Assembly: GCF_006345805.1 (NCBI RefSeq)
Contig: NW_021832281.1
Span: 1-64,000, forward strand
Direction: 5' to 3'
DNA from: Octopus sinensis
Taxonomy: Eukaryota
Length of the DNA: 64,000 bases
In this document: piece after piece, positions 1 to 12,528 of the stretch
Position numbering within the stretch: position 1 is the first letter of the stretch
How the letters are laid out: the number at the start of each line of letters is the position of its first letter
Position numbers and translations under genes: made by a program
The notes under the pieces: generated by a model
The model's database searches: none
The model's input: only the letters and a program-made list of their open reading frames with translations
What the model was told of the DNA's origin: nothing

Positions 1-705
1 ACATGTGTATATACATGTGTATATACATGTTTATATATACATTTGCCAGACCTGTACCTGGCGTGTATATGTATGTATGTATGTGTGTGGATTATATGTG
101 ATTGTGTATCTGAAATGTGTATGCGTGTGACACGTGCCTGTATTTCTCTGCAGTGTGTATGTGTATGTATGTATGTATGTATGTATGTATGGATGGATGG
201 ATGTACCTTCCTGCAATAAGGGTATGGGTGTTTGTGTACTCAATACCTGCCCCTCCACACTACCACCACTCATTGATCCCTTCATCTTTTCCTTTCCTCT
301 TACTCCTCCTCTTTTCCTCTCCTCCCCACCCCCTACAAAATACATAGTCTCCTCTTCCTGTCAGACCCTAATCTCTGCTAATCCCTCCCGCCCCCCCCCC
401 CCATCAATATATTAAAACCCACTCTTATCTAAACACCTGAACTCCAATTAGCGATAACAAATTAATGCAAGTGGTGTGGGTGATTATAGTTAATTGCCCT
501 AAATACACCAACCTGGAGCCTAACAAGGTATCTATTTCCACTGGCCCCCTTTGCCTTCATCCAATAAAACCCTGACAGTGATTAATTGTCTATATGATTG
601 ACCTAATTAACTTAATATCATCATCACCATCATCATAATCATCAACTTACATCTCCTCCTCCTCATCATCATCATCATCTAATATCCGCTTTTCCATGCT
701 GGCAT

Positions 706-862
706 GGGATCATTTCGGTTTGAACTGCAGTTTTTTTCTAGCGGTGTCATATGAAATTGTCACCCATAATTATGACCCTAGTATCGATCTATTGCATTTC
801 AATCTGTTTTAGGATTAGGGGAAGGGTATCTTTTTTCTTCACAAATGTAAATAAACCCAATC
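706..862. repeat. Dispersed repeat fragment; inverted, longer copy at ~2460-2793
   Basis: ggatcatttcggtttgaac...aaacccaatct versus agattgggttt...gttcaaaccgaaaagatcc. Confidence 0.75.
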
Positions 863-894
863 TATCTATCTATCTATCTCTATATATATATACC

Positions 895-1280
895 CAGGAG
901 TGTAGGGTGTGATCTGAGGGAGATTTAGCTGTTATTTCTTCCAAGTCTAGCTACCATGTGGAGGTTTTCCTCATTGACTCATATATACATATATACAAAG
1001 ATAGGATAGTAGGGAACGATTTGAGGGAAATTTGGTTGCTATTTCTACTAAATCTAGCTATCATGTAGAGGTCTCTCTCATTAGCTCATACATATATAGA
1101 TAAGATAGTAAGATAGAAGGGTATGATTTGAGGGAGGTTTAGCTGCTATTTCTAGGAGGTCTAGCTACCATGTAGAGGTTTCCCTCATCGGCTCATACAT
1201 ACATATATACATAGTCAAGACAGTAGGGTGTAGTTTGAGGGAGATTTGGCTGCTATTTCTACCAGGTCAAGCTACCTACA
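895..1280. repeat. ~110-120-bp degenerate tandem repeat, 4 copies
   Basis: Recurring gtagggt...gatttgagggagattt.gctgctatttct...tctagctaccatgtagagg. Confidence 0.75.
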
Positions 1281-2032
1281 TTGAGACCAACTATGGTGTG
1301 ATTTTACTCCTTTGACCTCTCGGCTCCCCACTCCTACACTCACACTCTGGCCTCTGGCCACATTCCTAATGACCACTCACACAGGGTTTCCAGTTGCACT
1401 AATTGACCTCACTTCCTCTCTCTCTTTCTCTCTCCTGTCTATCTTTTAAAAACTGTTACAGCCAAGCCCATGACCATACTGTTCCCTCCCCCCCCCAACC
1501 ACCAAACTATCACCACCACTACAATCACTACCACCACTAGAACTACAACCGTCACCACCACCACCACCACTACAACCGTCACCACCACCACTACAACCGT
1601 CACCACCACCACCGCTACAACCGTCACCACCACCACCACCACAACTACAACCATCTCCACCACCACTTCCCCTTGTCAACTGCCCTCCCCTCCCCTTACA
1701 CACACCAATAACTAGTCTGGCTAGTGGCCAGGAGAACCAGTGCAAAACCAGTGCACTAAGCAATGTGGTCACCCAGCAAGACATTCCAGCCACGCCCATC
1801 CCGTCATGTACTTAATACTTACATTATTTCCCATAGTATCCTCCTATCACCTGATTTTGAGGGAAATTTAGCTGTTGTTTCTAGCTGGCCAAGTGGTCAC
1901 ATACAGCTCCAGGATGCATAGTGTTTTAGGCGTGTTACACAGTGATGTGTAATGTTTTTAGGTGTGTAATAGTGATGCTTGTAAGATGAGACACAAACAC
2001 ACACACATATATATATATATATACATACACAT

Positions 2033-2425
2033 AGGCAGGAGTGGCTGTGTGGTAAGTAGCTTGCTTACCAACCACATGGTTCCGGGTTCAGTCCCACTGC
2101 GTGGCACCTTGGGCAAGTGTCTTCTACTATAGCCTCGGGCCAACCAAAGCCTTGGGAGTGGATTTGGTAGACGGAAACTGAAAGAAGCCTGTCGTATATA
2201 AGTATATAGATATGTTTGTGTGTCTGTGTTTGTCCCCCTAGCATTGCTTGACAACCGATGCTGGTGTGTTTATGTCCCCGTCACTTAGCGGTTCGGCAAA
2301 AGAGACCAATAGAATAAGTACTAGGCTTACAAAGAATAAGTCCCGGTGTCGATTTGCTCGACTAAAGGCGGTGCCCCAGCATGGCCACAGTCAAATGACT
2401 GAAACAAGTAAAAGAGTAAAGAGTA
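2033..2425 (+). mobile_element. tRNA-head SINE family A (~400 bp, internal TA/GT microsatellite)
   Basis: A-box-like TGGCTGTGTGG, B-box-like GGTTCAGTCCC, tail GAGTAAA repeats. Further copies at 4055-4480(+), 4524-4925(+), 11282-11663(-), 19970-20262(-), 31846-32030(+), 57755-58075(-), 60015-60350(-), 63625-64000(-). Confidence 0.88.
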
Positions 2426-3461
2426 TAACTAAACACTTTTAAACTTCGTATACTGGTAGAATGTGTTTATAAAACATCTTTCTCTCTTGGCTTTCTTGAG
2501 AAAATTCTATAGTCTGTAAGATATTTGTGGGTTTTTTTCCTTCAATTTCTGCAATTTCAACCAATCAATGACGTCTTTTGAGGTAAAAAACATTCTGTGC
2601 CGTATGAATATGTCCCTCGTTTAAGAAACAGATTGGGTTTATTTACATTTGTGAAGAAAAAAAAAGATACCCTTCCCCCACCCCTAACCCTAAAATAGAT
2701 TGAAATGCAATAGATCGATACTAGGGTCATAATTATGGGTGACAATTTCATATGACACTGCTAGAAAAAACTGCCGTTCAAACCGAAAAGATCCAATGTG
2801 TGAATCTGAGAGGGGAATATGTTGAATAAGATCATAATTAACTGATCCTCCTCTATTTTCTTTTACCCAAAACCAGGAACGTAGTGTCATAGGTGATTAG
2901 AGCGGTCTGACGTAACCATGCCAACATGGACAACATACTACGATGAGAATGATGGCTGTTGTTGTTTACTTGTTTCAGTCATTGGACTACAAGATGGTAC
3001 CCAAGCTGGGGCACATCTTGAAGGATTTTTAGCCTGCCTAATCGACCCCAGGATTTCCTTTAGAAACCTGGAACTTATTCTGTTGGTCTCTTTTGCCAAA
3101 CTGCCATGTTATGGGGACATAAACAAACCACCACCTCGTCAAGTAGTGGTGAAAGACAAACATCACACACATACACATATATATACATACGATGGGCTTC
3201 TTTCAGTTTCCGTCTACCAAATTTACTCACAGGGCTTTGGTTGGCCCAAGGCTATAGTAGGAAACACTTACCCAAGGCCTTGGCCACAAAGGGGGACTGA
3301 AATTGGAACCATGTGGTTGGGAAGCAAGATTCTTACCACATGACCACCACCTGTCTGTGATGAAAATAGAAATTTTCAGGATGTCTGCCTATTTGTGGAC
3401 GTTTTCAACAAGATCTTGCTTTCCTGATTTTCCAGTTTTTCTCACACACATATACACATGC

Positions 3462-3536
<75 letters not shown>

Positions 3537-4220
3537 TCACACACTCTTACTCTGCTGTATAATGATTTTATAAATGCTTGGATGCCATTAGCAACCAATT
3601 GACCATCTTTTCATTGTACTTTCATTTGCTTGACCACTGCATTGCCTAAAGTGTCGACACCTGTTTGACCAGATTCCTTATCTCTTCCTTCAATGTGGCC
3701 CAGATTTTGAGTATTTGGGCCCCATTTGAGCAATAATTGTCTCTATTATACGTGCCTTTCTTATTTCTTTATTGCCCACAAGGGGCAAAACACAGAGGGG
3801 ACAAACAAGGACAGAGAAAGGGATTAAGTCAATTACATCAACCCCAGTGTGTAACTGGTATTTAATTTATCGACCCCGAAAGGATGAAAGGCAAAGTCGA
3901 CCTTGGGTGGAATTTGAACTCGGAACGTAACGGCAGACGAAATACCACTAATCATTTCACCTGGCATGCTAACGATTCTGCCAGCTTGCCACCTTGTATA
4001 TTATTATGCCTTTCTGATGTATTCTTACCTATTTTATATATAAATGTGTGTGTGTATAAGTGTGGTAGTGTGGTCAGAACTTTGGTCTCTGGCCACATGG
4101 TTCTGGGTTCAGTCCCATGCATGGAACTTTGGGCACGTGTCTTTTACTATAGCCTTAATCCAACTACAACCTCGTGAGTAGATTTGGTAGACGGAAACTG
4201 AAAGAAGCCCATCGTGTATA

Positions 4221-4262
<42 letters not shown>

Positions 4263-4961
4263 CGTATGTGTGTGTATATGTTTGTGTTTGTCCCCCCAAC
4301 ATCGCTTGACAACCGATGCTGGTGTGTTTACGTCCTTGTAGCTTAGCGGTTCGGCAAAAGAGATCGATAGAATAAGTACTAGGCTTACAAAGAATAAGTC
4401 CTGGGGTCGATTTGCTCGATCGACTAAAGGCGGTGCTCCAGCATGGCCACAGTCAAATGACTGAAACAAGTAAAAGTGTGTGTACATATATATATATATA
4501 AATGTCATTTTTTATATATATATAGGCGCAGGAGTGGCTGTGTGGTAAGTAGCTTGCTAACCAACCACATGGTTCCGGGTTCAGTCCCACTGCGTGGCAC
4601 CTTGGGCAAGTGTCTTCTGCTATAGCCCCGGGCCGACCAATGCCTTGTGAGTGGATTTGGTAGACGGAAACTGAAAGAAGCCTGTCGTATATATGTATAT
4701 ATATATATGTATGTGTGAATATGTTTGTGTGTCTGTGTTTGTCCCCCTAGCATTGCTTGACAACCGATGCTGGTGTGTTTACATCCCCGTCACCTGGCGG
4801 TTCGGCAAAAGAGACCGATAGAATAAGTACGGGGCTTCCAAAGAATAAGTCCCGGGGTCGAGTTGCTCGACTAAAGGCGGTGCTCCAGCATGGCCGCAGT
4901 CAAATGACTGAAACAAGTAAAAAGAAAGAAAAAGAAGAAAAAAATATATATAAAAAATGAC

Positions 4962-5005
<44 letters not shown>

Positions 5006-5137
5006 AAATGTCATTTTTTATATATATATATATATATTTAATTAATCAATTTAGGGTAGCAAAAAATTTAGTAAAAATTTATCGCTACCAGCGGCCTAGT
5101 GGAAAAGAGAAAATAGTCAAAGACTAAATATATATAA

Positions 5138-5491
5138 ATATAACAATTTAGGAATGGCCTAAACAGGCCATTCGTCCACCAGAAAGAGCAGCCAGAACTC
5201 AAACCGCCAAGTAGTGCAATTCCGAAATAAGGTGAAAATTTAAAAACGTTTACCCTAGTCTCTCCCAGGTTTCTTTTACTGATGAAGTGTGACCTATGGT
5301 AGACTAGCTTAATTTAATTTAATTAAGCTGGTCTATCATTAAAAACACCGAAACGATGCATCGTATAAAAGATGAATTAGGGTAAACGTTTTTAAATTTT
5401 CACCTTATTTCGGAATTGCACTACTTGGCGGTTTGAGTTCTGGCTGCTCTTTCTGGTGGACGAATGGCCTGTTTAGGCCATTCCTAAATTG

Positions 5492-5497
<6 letters not shown>
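5138..5497. repeat. Perfect 120-bp inverted repeat with 120-bp spacer
   Basis: 5138-5257 is the exact reverse complement of 5378-5497 by manual comparison. Confidence 0.93.
5272..5372 (+). ncRNA. Type I hammerhead ribozyme-like motif (Penelope-type)
   Basis: Stem I TCTTTTA/TAAAAGA, core CTGATGA (5279) and GAAA (5350), palindromic stem III ACGATGCATCGT, GUA cleavage triplet, long stem II. Confidence 0.7.
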
Positions 5498-5537
<40 letters not shown>

Positions 5538-5653
5538 ATATATATATTTATACAGCTTGTGTCACCATTGCAGCGTTTTTTTTTGTACACACACACACAC
5601 ACGTGTCTGTCTGTCTGTCTAACTGCCATGTATGGTTTGTTTTCTCATTCCAG

Positions 5654-5746
5654 CGACCCTGCACGACTGTTGCTATCAAAAGCATCACCAAAAAGAACTT
5701 GGGGAAGTCTCAGAGTCTCCTGAGCAAGGAAATAAAGATTCTTAAG
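5654..5746 (+). CDS. ULK1/2: ULK exon (RPCTTVAIKSITKKNLGKSQSLLSKEIKILK), catalytic Lys and alphaC Glu
   Basis: ttccag acceptor, AG|gtcagt donor, 93 nt, phase 0-0. Confidence 0.96.
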
Positions 5747-5919
5747 GTCAGTGCCATTGTGGAAGTTACCATTAACTTCACCGCCATCATCATCATCATC
5801 ATCATCACACTGCCATCATCTTCATGTCGTTGTGTTTGGTGTCTCCATTAACATTCTCGCCATGACCATCACCTCTTACTACTACCACTAACACTAACAC
5901 TACCATTGTCATCATTGCT

Positions 5920-7930
5920 TCCACCACCACCACCACCATTATCATTATCATCAACTTCACCACAACCATCATCACTATCGTCGTCACCACCACCACCACC
6001 ACCACCACCACCGTCATCACCACCACCACCACCGTCATCACACCACCACACCACCGTCATCACCACCACCACAACCACCGTCATCACCACCACACCACCA
6101 CCGTCATCACCAACCACCACAACCACCGTCATCACCACCACACCACCGTCATCACCACCACACAACCACCGTCATCACCACCACACCACCGTCATCACCC
6201 CCACAACCACCGTCATCACCCCCACAACCACCGTCATCACACCACCACCACCGTCACCACCACCACCACCACCGTCATCACCACCACAACCACCGTCATC
6301 ACACCACAACAACCACCGTCATCACCACCACCACCACCGTCATCACCACCACACCACCACCACCGTCACACCACCACAACCACCACCACCGTCATCACAA
6401 CCACCACAACCACCGTCATCACCACCACCACACCACCGTCATCACCACACAACCACCGTCACCACCACCACCACCACCGTCATCACCACCACAACCACCG
6501 TCATCACCACCACAACCACCGTCATCACCACCACAACCACCGTCACCACACCACAACCACCGTCATCACCACCACAACCACCGTCATCACACCCCACCAC
6601 CACCACCGTCATCACCACCACCACCACACGTCATCACCACCACACCACCGTCACCACCACCACCACCACCGTCATCACCACCACCACCACCGTCACCACC
6701 ACCACCCCGTCATCACCACCACAACCACCGTCATCACCACCACAACCACCGTCATCACCACCACCACCACCGTCATCACCACCACCACCACCACCGTCAC
6801 CACCACCACCACCACCACCGTCATCACCACCAACCACCGTCACCACCACCACCCACCGTCATCACCACCACAACCACCGTCATCACCACCACCACCACCG
6901 TCATCACCACCACAACCACCGTCACCACCACCACCACCACCGTCATCACCACCACAACCACCGTCATCACCACCACCACCACCGTCATCACCACCACAAC
7001 CACCGTCATCACCACCACCACCACCGTCATCACCACCACCACCACCGTCATCACCACCACCACCACCGTCATCACCACCACCACCACCGTCATCACCACC
7101 ACCACCACCGTCATCACCACCACAACCACCGTCATCACCACCACCACCACCGTCATCACCACCACACCACCGTCACCACCACCACCCCGTCATCACCACC
7201 ACCACCGTCATCAACACCACCACCACCGTCATCACCACCACCAACCACCGTCACCACCACACCACCACCACCGTCATCACCACCACAACCACCGTCATCA
7301 CACCACCACCACCACGTCATCACCACCACAACCACCGTCATCACCACCACCACCACCGTCACACCACCACCACCACCGTCATCACCACAACCACCACCAT
7401 CATCACCACCACCACCGTCATCACCACCACAACACCGTCACACCACCACAACCACCGTCACCACACCACCACCACCACCGTCATCACCACCACCACCGTC
7501 ATCACCAACCACCACCACCACCAACCACCGTCATCACCACCACCACCACCGTCATCACCACAACCACCACCATCATCACCACCACAACCACCACCACCGT
7601 CATCACCACCACAACCACCGTCATCACCACCACAACCACCATCACCTTCGTCGTTACCACCATCATTGTCACTACCACTACCACCACCATCACCATTACT
7701 GCCACTACCACCACCACCACCACCACCACCATTGTACAACCACTTTTATCAACACCACTGTCACCACCACCATCATCATGACCATCACTACAGTGTATAA
7801 CCCCCCACCCTACCACCACCATTATTAGTACTTTTACCTCTAACACTATCACTGTTCCTACTACCTCCATAACCACCACCACCACCACACCACTACATTC
7901 ATCATCACCATCATCACCATCATCATCATC
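5920..7930. repeat. ~2-kb compound (ACC)n array with ~21-bp higher-order unit
   Basis: caccaccacaaccaccgtcat repeated; shorter relative at 1500-1665. Confidence 0.95.
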
Positions 7931-8171
7931 ACTAAAAGACTGGTAGCCCAAGGCAACGATTATTCCTGTAGTAATTGGTGCATTTGGCACAAACACCCAG
8001 AAATACTTCCCAAGCGGCTGGAAGAGACTGGAATTCGAATTTGCATTGACAAAGTACCATTCTTACACTCTGCAAGAATCCTCAAGGAAATTCTTGAGAT
8101 GTGAGGAGATTATTTTTGATTTGAGTCTCAAGATAAAAAAATCTCTGCTAATTAAATTAGGATGTATTAAC

Positions 8172-9161
8172 AACCCTTTCGTTACTGAATTTATTTTGAG
8201 ATGCTCTGTGTTTCTTTCAATTAATTTTAAATATAACAAAGAATTTAGTAAAATAACTTAGTTATCATTCAGCTAGTGTTAGGAACATAAATTGTGACTA
8301 AGGTTTGGTGGAAGATTTTAATTCAAAACTTATGAAAACAAGACATTTGTACTACAGAGCCAGAGCCGGTTTCAGCCGGGTTGGTATCAAAAGGGTTAAG
8401 AATTGTTTCTCTATTATATATCTTAACCCTTTTGTTACCATATTTCTTCTGCTGAGATGCTCTGTGTTTCTTTCAATTACTTTAAATATAACAAAGAATT
8501 TAGTAAAATAACTTAGTTATCATTAAGCTAGTGTTAGGAACATAAATTGTGACTAAGGTTTGGGGGAAGATTTTAAATTCAGAACTTATGAAAACAAGAC
8601 ATTTGTACTACAGAGCCAGAGCCGGTTTCAGCCGGGTTGGTATCAAAAGGGTTAAGAATTGTTTCTCTATTATATATCTTAACCCTTTTGTTACCATATT
8701 TCTTCTGCTGAGATGCTCTGTGTTTCTTTCAATTACTTTAAATATAACAAAGAATTTAGTAAAATAACTTAGTTATCATTAAGCTAGTGTTAGGAACATA
8801 AATTGTGACTAAGGTTTGGTGGAAGATTTTAATTCAAAACTTATGAAAACAAGACATTTGTACTCAGAGCCAGAGGTGGTTTTAACCAGGTTGGTATCAA
8901 AAGGGTTAAGAATTGTTTCTCTATTATATATTTAAACCCTTTTGTTACCATATTTCTGCTGAGATGCTCTGTGTTTCTTTCAATTACTTTAAATATAACA
9001 AAGAATTTAGTAAAATAACTTAGTTATCATTAAGCTAGAGTTATGGACATAAATTGTGACTAAGGTTTGGTGGAAGATTTTAATTCAAAACTTATGAAAA
9101 CAAGACATTTGTACAAAAGAGCCAGAGCCGGTTTCAGCCGGGTTGGTAATGAAAGGGTTAA
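8172..9161. mobile_element. piggyBac-type MITE family P1, 4 tandem copies (~256-bp period)
   Basis: TTAA-CCCTTT(C/T)GTTAC...GTA(A/T)(C/T)(G/A)AAAGGG-TTAA ends. Confidence 0.8.
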
Positions 9162-9212
9162 GTCGATGATGATGATGATAATAATAATAATGTTTGTCTT
9201 TTATATTTGCAG

Positions 9213-9263
9213 GAATTATCAGGATTACATCATGAAAACGTTGTGGCATTGTTGGATTGTAAG
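9213..9263 (+). CDS. ULK1/2: ULK exon (ELSGLHHENVVALLDCK)
   Basis: ttgcag acceptor, AG|gtacgt donor, 51 nt. Confidence 0.95.
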
Positions 9264-9654
9264 GTACGTAGAATTTATTAGGGGATATTTGGTGGGGCCC
9301 TTAACACTGGGCCCCTATCATGTACTCACACACACACAAACACACATACATATACATCCGTACACACTCATGCACAAAAAATGTTATGACAGACCTTCTC
9401 CACTTGGCCTAATTATGAGCCTATCCTCTCTCCATATTGGCCAGTACCACTTAAACTGTTTTCATTAATTGCTGTTGCTAATTGCCAACAGTAATTATGA
9501 AAACAGATTGCCATTGTGTGGCTTGTTGGTCTCTTGCGGAAGATTTTTTTTTGTTGTCTTGGTAGAGTTTCTGGATTATTGTCAATATGACGGTAACCTT
9601 GGAGAATTGACATGATGTCGTTGTAGGTATTGTCATTGGAGATGATTTTAGAGT

Positions 9655-10060
9655 AGGTATGACATCATTGTGGACGCCGTCATTTGAAATGGTATTACTG
9701 TAGGTGTGATATCATTGTGGACACCGTCATTTGAAATGGTGTTACTGTAGGTGTGACACCAATGTGGATGCCGTCATTTGAAATGGTGTTACTGTAGCTG
9801 TGACATCATTGTGGACACCGTCATTTGAAATGGTGTTACTGTAGATGTGACATTGTGGACACCGTCATTTGAAATGGTGTTACTGTAGATGTGACATTGT
9901 GGACACCGTCATTTGAAATGGTATTACTGTAGGTATGACATCATTGTGGACGCCGTCATTTGAAACGGTGTTACTGTAGCCGTGACATCATTGTGGACAC
10001 CGTCATTTGAAATGGTGTTACTGTAGGTGTGACATCATTGTGGACACTGTTATTGTAGGT
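9655..10060. repeat. 47-bp minisatellite, ~8.5 copies
   Basis: gacatcattgtggacaccgtcatttgaaatggtgttactgtaggtgt. Confidence 0.92.
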
Positions 10061-10271
10061 GGCGTTGCTGTATATCTTTATCTTCCCTCCTTTCACTTGT
10101 TTCAGTCATTAGAATGTTCTGGCCATGCTGGAGCATTGCCTCAAAGGAATTTTCATTTCAAACAAATTGGAATCTCACTACTACGACTACACATTTTACC
10201 ACCACCACCACTACTACTACTAGTACTACTACTACTACATCTCTGCCATTTCTCTTTCTTCTTTTATTCAG

Positions 10272-10341
10272 GAAACCACAAACAATGTTTACCTTGTGAT
10301 GGAGTATTGCAATGGGGGAGATTTAGCTGACTACCTTCAAG
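10272..10341 (+). CDS. ULK1/2: ULK exon ([23 protein letters not shown]), hinge
   Basis: attcag acceptor, G|gtaaat donor, 70 nt, phase 0-1. Confidence 0.97.
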
Positions 10342-10583
10342 GTAAATATATCTATTTGTCTGGTTCTTTCTCTCTCTGTCCGTCTGTCTTCTCTCTTTGC
10401 TTCAAAAGGATCCACAGGTAAAAAAAAAAAAAAAAAAAAGGTGGGGTGAGGACCACCTGGTCTGTACAATACAATTATTCCCTTTCGTCTTATTATTGTC
10501 TCACCTTTTTTCGTCTCTTTGCATTTATTTGTATCATTTCACCTGTCCTCATCATCTGACGCTATTCCGTCTTCTCTTTCCAG

Positions 10584-10634
10584 CTAAAGGAACACTCAGT
10601 GAAGATACAATTGCAATATTTCTACGCCAAATAG
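10584..10634 (+). CDS. ULK1/2: ULK exon (AKGTLSEDTIAIFLRQI)
   Basis: ttccag acceptor, AG|gtaagt donor, 51 nt, phase 1-1. Confidence 0.97.
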   Translation, partial: LKEHSVKIQLQYFYAK

Positions 10635-10690
10635 GTAAGTATTTCTCATGAGTCTAAAAATCTGGAGGAAGTCGTTCTCCCTACATGAAA

Positions 10691-11054
10691 CATCATCATC
10701 ATCATCGTTTAACGTCCACTTTCCATGCTAGCATGGGTTGGACGGTTCGACCGGGGTCTGGGAAGCCAGGAGGATGCTCCAGGCTCCAGTCTGATCTGGC
10801 AGTGTTTCTACAGCTGGATGCCCTTCCTAACACCAACCACTCCGTGAGTGTAGTGGGTGCTTTTTACGTGCCAGACAAGGCTGGCAAACGGCCACGATTG
10901 GATGGTGCTTTTTACGTGCCACTGGCACAGGGGCCAGGCGGGGCTGGCAAACGACCATGAACGGATGGTGCTTCTTACATGCCACCGCACCATCCGTTCG
11001 TGGCCGTTGCCATCCTCGCCTGGACCCCGTGCCGGTGGCACGTAAAAAGCACCA
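10691..11054 (-). mobile_element. RTE-tail repeat family C (also 12898-13045, 17010-17440, 18230-18600, 36341-36612 minus; 29912-30320, 34192-34590, 60990-61672 plus)
   Basis: Same 3' UTR as the LINE at 60361; (CAT)n on + marks the minus-strand tail; internal gtggcacgtaaaaagcacc subrepeats. Confidence 0.82.
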
Positions 11055-12285
11055 TTATTATAAAAATTGATGCACCCCAGACATGCAAAAAAAGAAAATA
11101 GATGGCATGACATGTCTTGGTTCTTGGGATCGGTTTGAGAAGCTCAGACTTTCTATACTCCAATGTCAACATGAGAATGATACCACTTGTACAAGGCAGA
11201 AAATATTCCAACAATTACCTGTATTGTGTTGGTATCAACTTTAAAATTCATCTCATATGTTTGGGATTTTGATGATATACTCTCTTTTTACTCTTTGCTT
11301 CTTTCAATCATTTGACTGCGGCCATGCTGGAGCACTGCCTTTAGTCGAGCAAATCGACGCCAGGACTTATTCTTTGTAAGCCTAGTACTTATTCCATCGG
11401 TCTCTTTTGCCGACCTGCTAAGTTATGGGGGCGTAAACACACCAACATCAGTTGTCAAGCGATGTTGGAGAGATAAACACACACACACAAACACACGTAT
11501 GACAGGCTTCTTTCAGTTTCCGTCTACCAAATCCACTCACAAGGCTTTGGTTGGCCCGAGGCTATAGTAGAAGACACTTGCCCAAGGTGCCACGCAGTGG
11601 GACTGAACCCGGAACCATGTGGTTGGTAAGCAGGCTACTTACCGCACAGCCACTCCTACACCTTTATGATTGTCTATTTTAAGAATGACATTGTAGGGTA
11701 AGTGTGATAGGCTGGATCTTGACAGTTTGAACTTAAAACCCGAAGAATATCTGGGCTGAATCTGGCCTGTTTAGATGCTATGGGGTTAAAATGTAGATAA
11801 ATTCCAACGTTTTACATTTTGTTCCAATTACAGTATTCTGATTGATTAAATCAATTAATGTCACAGTTTAATTAATTATCAGTTGCTCATTTAAATGCCA
11901 TTGTCGTTATCATTCGCTTATTGTCCACATATCTTCACTTTCCTCATAATTATTAAAAATAGATTTTATTTCATAGCTTAAATCACTGATTACTGTTAAT
12001 TCTAAAATGCAAAATTTGAATTTAAGCTAAAATATTTTTGGGTTTATGATAATTCTCATATGTGAAGTATATTTGCCACTTAAATGTGGATAACCCCTAA
12101 GGGTGGATGCTACTGTAGCTTGTAGTCCCAGGAGAACATCTTCTCCAGCTGGCTATTGACACACTATCTGTGCCCTATCAGTATTTGCAAAGGGCAGTAT
12201 TTGATTTAGTATTTCTAAATTGAATTTTCCCTGTAAGTTTGGAATAATATTCCCTCATATTATTATTAATATATATATATATATA

Positions 12286-12495
12286 TAAAGTTAATCCAAA
12301 CATGAAAACACAAAGAGAAAACACAACGTGAGGACGTGGAACAAATATAGTATTATTGGACGCTCAGGAAAGAAGGAGGATTTAACATTTCGAGCGGAGC
12401 TCTTCGTCGGAAACATAGGAGAAGGAAAGATCCAGAGAAGGGAAAACAGAGGGAAAAAAATCGCCAATGGTACACACGAGGTCACATTTTGAATA
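12286..12495 (-). mobile_element. ~200-bp TA-associated repeat with minimal hammerhead-like core (also 26545-26762, 29030-29208, 62772-62990; diverged 58080-58272)
   Basis: Near-identical copies start gttaatccaaac after (TA)n; minus strand reads GTTT-CYGACGA-A-GAGC-loop-GCTC-GAAA-YGT-H-AAAC. Confidence 0.75.
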
Positions 12496-12528
12496 TATAT
12501 ATATATGAATGATTTTCTCTGTTTGCAG

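Noticed and set aside
1958-2442. Recurrent ORFs such as RHLPKVPRSGTEPGTMW and LQLDALPNANHSESVVG
   Set aside because: Translations of SINE A and RTE-tail repeats, recurring in both orientations
706-2793. Single 2.1-kb element with 155-bp TIRs
   Set aside because: The right copy extends further inward and the interior is unrelated repeats; better explained as two independent inverted fragments
1-5653. ULK first coding exon (GxGxFA loop)
   Set aside because: No such peptide found in any frame; it must lie upstream of the window
5906-7828. 640-aa Pro/Thr/His-rich ORF
   Set aside because: Pure translation of the (ACC)-based array inside a ULK intron; no splice or homology support
9655-10060. 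CRISPR-like regular repeat (also the 120-bp satellite)
   Set aside because: Units are contiguous with no unique spacers, no cas genes, eukaryotic context
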